Below, piece by piece: positions 61,637 to 64,000 of a stretch of 64,000 nucleotides of DNA (position 1 is the first letter of the stretch; each line of letters opens with the position of its first letter). The DNA is taken from NCBI GenBank assembly GCA_963817095.1, contig CAWFND010000008.1, positions 32,107-96,106 on the forward strand, read 5' to 3'. This DNA is from an uncultured Chloroflexia bacterium (GTDB lineage: Bacteria; Chloroflexota; Limnocylindria; Limnocylindrales; CSP1-4). Below the pieces are notes generated by a model. The model saw only the letters and a list, made by a program, of their open reading frames with translations, was not told where the DNA came from and did no database searches. The translations under genes and the position numbers were made by a program.

Positions 61637-64000
61637 TCACGCGTCGGGCGCGGTCTCGGTCCGGGGGGCCGTCCGTCGCCCGCCTCGTGGAGAGGTGCCG
61701 GTTCGCCCACCCGATGTCCGCGTGCTTCGCGCGCCGCGCGTCGACCCGCCGGATCCGGCTCCCCGGCGCGACCCGCCCCGGGCCGGCTTCGCGAGGGCGG
61801 CCGGGTTCGGCGGGCCACCCTCGAGCCGCCGGCCGACGAGCTCCTCGCCGACGGGCAGCGGCACGTCGGCGCCGCAGCGGAGGCAGATCCCTGTCTCGCC
61901 GTGCCGAGCCACCGGTCCGTCGTCCGCGTCATGGACGGCCCCGACCGGCTCGAAGTTCGTCGTGAAGTCGCACTTCGGGTAGTTCGAGCAGCCATAGAAG
62001 ACGTTGCCGGTCCGGCGGGCCCGTCGCGGGACGAGCTGGCCGTCGTTGTTCTTCGGGCACGGCACCTCGAAGCCGAGCGGCTCCGGCGGCGGCGGGCCCT
62101 CCTTCTTGATGTAGGTGCAGTCCGGGTAGCGCGAGCAGCCGACGAACGGGCCGAACCGGCCGCGCTTGCCGACGAGCGTCCCCTCGCCGCACTGCGGGCA
62201 CACCTCACCCTCGCCCGCCTGTGGCGGCGGCTCCTCGCCCGGGAGAGGGCGCGACTCCTTGTGCTCCGGGAATAGCGAGCACGCGAGGAACCGGCCGTTC
62301 CGGCCGAGCCGGATCACCATCGGATGGCCTTCCGAGCAGACCTCGTCGCTGGGCTCGGTGGTGACGTCCTTGCGCTTGACGTTCCTGCGGACGTCGTCCA
62401 CCTGGTCCTTCAGCGGCCCGAAGAAGGCGCGCAGCAACGGGACCCACGCACGCTGGCCGTCGGCGACCTCGTCGAGCTCCTCCTCCATCCGCGCCGTGAA
62501 CGCCACATCGACGTACTCGCCGAAGTGCTCCACGAGGAAGTCGGTCACCACATCGCCGATCAGCTCGGGATGGAGGCGACGCTCCTCGATCCTGACGTAG
62601 CCACGGTCCGTGATCGTCGAGATGGTTGCCGCGTAGGTCGACGGCCGCCCGATCCCGTGCTCCTCGAGGGCCTTGATGAGGGTCGCCTCGGTGAACCGCG
62701 GCGGCGGCTCCGTGAAGTGCTGCGTCGGGGTGACGTCGCGGACGGTCGTGACATCGCCGTCGCGAAGGGCCGGCAGCGTCCGCTCGGCGTCGTCGTCGTC
62801 GGCGCCGTCGTCGCGGCCCTCGGTGTAGACGGCAGCGAACCCGTCGAACAGCGTCTTCGTCGCGCTGGCACGCAGCTCGTACGGCCCGTCCGCCAGGTCG
62901 ATCGTCGTGGTCTCGAGCTCCTTGGCCGCCATCTGCGACGCGATCGCACGCTGCCAGATCAGCCGATAGAGACGGAGCTCATCGGCCGCGAGCGACCCCG
63001 CCAGCGAATCCGGGTCTCGCCGGAACGACGTCGGCCGGATCGACTCGTGGGCCTCCTGGGCTCCCTTCGTCTTCGTCTTGTAGACCCGGCCCTTCGGCAT
63101 CGTGTACGGCTCGCCGAACCGCGACCGGATCACGTCGCGGGCCTCGCCCATCGCCACCCCGGCGATCGCGGTCGAGTCGGTCCGCATGTAGGTGATCAGC
63201 CCGACGTGACCGTCCGGCGTATCGGCGCCCTCGTACAGCCGCTGCGCGACGGACATCGTCCGCTTCGGGCTGAACCCGAGCTTGCGGCTGGCCTCCTGCT
63301 GGAGGGTCGACGTCGTGAACGGCGGTGCGGGGCTGCGGCTCTGCTTCCGCGTCCCGACCTTCGTGACGCGCGGCCGGAGGTCGCGGATCGCGGCGGCGTG
63401 GCGCTCGGCGCTCTCGCCATCTGCGACGTCAAGCGCCGCCCCATCGATCCGGACGAGCTCCGCGACGAACGTCTCACCCGCGCTCGTCGCCAGCAGCGCC
63501 TCGAGCGTCCAGTACTCGCGGGCCGTGAACGCGGTGATCTCCCGCTCGCGCTCGACGACGAGCCGCACCGCGACCGACTGGACCCGTCCGGCGGACAGCC
63601 CGGACCGGATCTTCCGGCTGAGCAGCGGGCTCAGCGTGTAGCCAACAAGCCGATCGACGATCCGCCGCGTCTGCTGGGCGTCGACGAGGTTCGTGTCGAT
63701 CTCGCGCGGGTTCGCGAACGCCTCGCGGATCGCGCCTTCCGTGATCTCGCTGAAGGTGACGCGCTGGGTCTTGCTCGCCGGCATGTTGGCCGCCTCGGCC
63801 ACGTGCCAGGCGATCGCCTCGCCCTCACGGTCGAGGTCCGTGGCGAGGAAGACATGGTCGGCCGCCTTCGCGGCTTTCGTGATCTCGGCGACCTGCTTGC
63901 GGCGATCGTCGGAGATGACATATTCAGGGGCGAAGTCATGGTCCACGTCCACCCCGAACTTCCCCTTGCCGGGGTTCTCGGGAAGGTCGCGGACATGGCC
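61637..64000 (-). CDS. topA: DNA topoisomerase I, 5' end beyond the right edge
   Basis: The frame is open to position 64000 (GHVRDLP visible at the edge). TOPRIM LATDLDREGEAI, catalytic Tyr region LITYMRTDS, C4 zinc ribbons (CPQCGEG...CSRYPDC, CPKNNDG...CSNYPKC), Arg/Gly-rich tail. Confidence 0.93.
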   Translation of the reverse strand, partial: GHVRDLPENPGKGKFGVDVDHDFAPEYVISDDRRKQVAEITKAAKAADHVFLATDLDREGEAIAWHVAEAANMPASKTQRVTFSEITEGAIREAFANPREIDTNLVDAQQTRRIVDRLVGYTLSPLLSRKIRSGLSAGRVQSVAVRLVVEREREITAFTAREYWTLEALLATSAGETFVAELVRIDGAALDVADGESAERHAAAIRDLRPRVTKVGTRKQSRSPAPPFTTSTLQQEASRKLGFSPKRTMSVAQRLYEGADTPDGHVGLITYMRTDSTAIAGVAMGEARDVIRSRFGEPYTMPKGRVYKTKTKGAQEAHESIRPTSFRRDPDSLAGSLAADELRLYRLIWQRAIASQMAAKELETTTIDLADGPYELRASATKTLFDGFAAVYTEGRDDGADDDDAERTLPALRDGDVTTVRDVTPTQHFTEPPPRFTEATLIKALEEHGIGRPSTYAATISTITDRGYVRIEERRLHPELIGDVVTDFLVEHFGEYVDVAFTARMEEELDEVADGQRAWVPLLRAFFGPLKDQVDDVRRNVKRKDVTTEPSDEVCSEGHPMVIRLGRNGRFLACSLFPEHKESRPLPGEEPPPQAGEGEVCPQCGEGTLVGKRGRFGPFVGCSRYPDCTYIKKEGPPPPEPLGFEVPCPKNNDGQLVPRRARRTGNVFYGCSNYPKCDFTTNFEPVGAVHDADDGPVARHGETGICLRCGADVPLPVGEELVGRRLEGGPPNPAALAKPARGGSRRGAGSGGSTRGARSTRTSGGRTGTSPRGGRRTAPRTETAPDA

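Overview
This is a very GC-rich chromosomal core segment with about 60 protein-coding genes. Most lie on the minus strand in long operons whose genes are joined by 1-4 nt start/stop overlaps (ATGA, GTGA, TTGA). The ORF track prints M for GTG and TTG starts, and many long track ORFs are antisense or read-through artefacts of the GC-rich sequence.

The content is housekeeping:
- MEP isoprenoid pathway: dxs, ispH
- Phospholipid synthesis: gpsA, plsC
- Translation: alaS, aspS, hisS, efp, typA, der, mnmA, rluB, tlyA
- Chromosome maintenance: topA, xerC, xerD, scpAB, recN, xseAB, ruvX, an alkA-like glycosylase
- Cell wall: murE, murJ, two FemAB-family genes, mltG, a GH3 lipoprotein
- Stringent response: rel
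- Regulation and other: an ECF sigma/anti-sigma pair, an XRE regulator, an orphan GAF-GAF histidine kinase, an ABC-2 exporter, and several small membrane proteins

Several local gene orders mirror those known from Actinomycetota such as Mycobacterium: tlyA-nadK-recN, scpA-scpB-rluB-cmk...der, alaS-ruvX-mltG, pepP-efp, iscS-mnmA, and the rel/hisS/aspS neighbourhood. From this I infer a high-GC actinobacterial-type genome; this is inference only. By eye I saw no rRNA, tRNA, CRISPR array, transposase or prophage gene.

I did not find a clear-cut novel multi-gene system such as a defence island. The items most worth a second look are:
1. Eight conserved genes are each interrupted by what looks like one extra base, and every one has a length of 3n+1. 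Assembly error is the likely cause.
2. An FtsA-like ATPase and a 628-aa bitopic protein with a baseplate-J-like ectodomain are inserted into the alaS-ruvX-mltG operon.
3. A/T-rich -10 hexamers recur 6-9 nt upstream of ten start codons, which suggests leaderless transcription.
4. A murJ-femX-femX-murE module sits outside any dcw context.
5. EF-P carries Arg32 instead of Lys at the loop tip.
6. Two hydrophobic micro-ORFs are wedged into overlap junctions.
7. A 230-bp convergent spacer carries repeated GAGAATC motifs.
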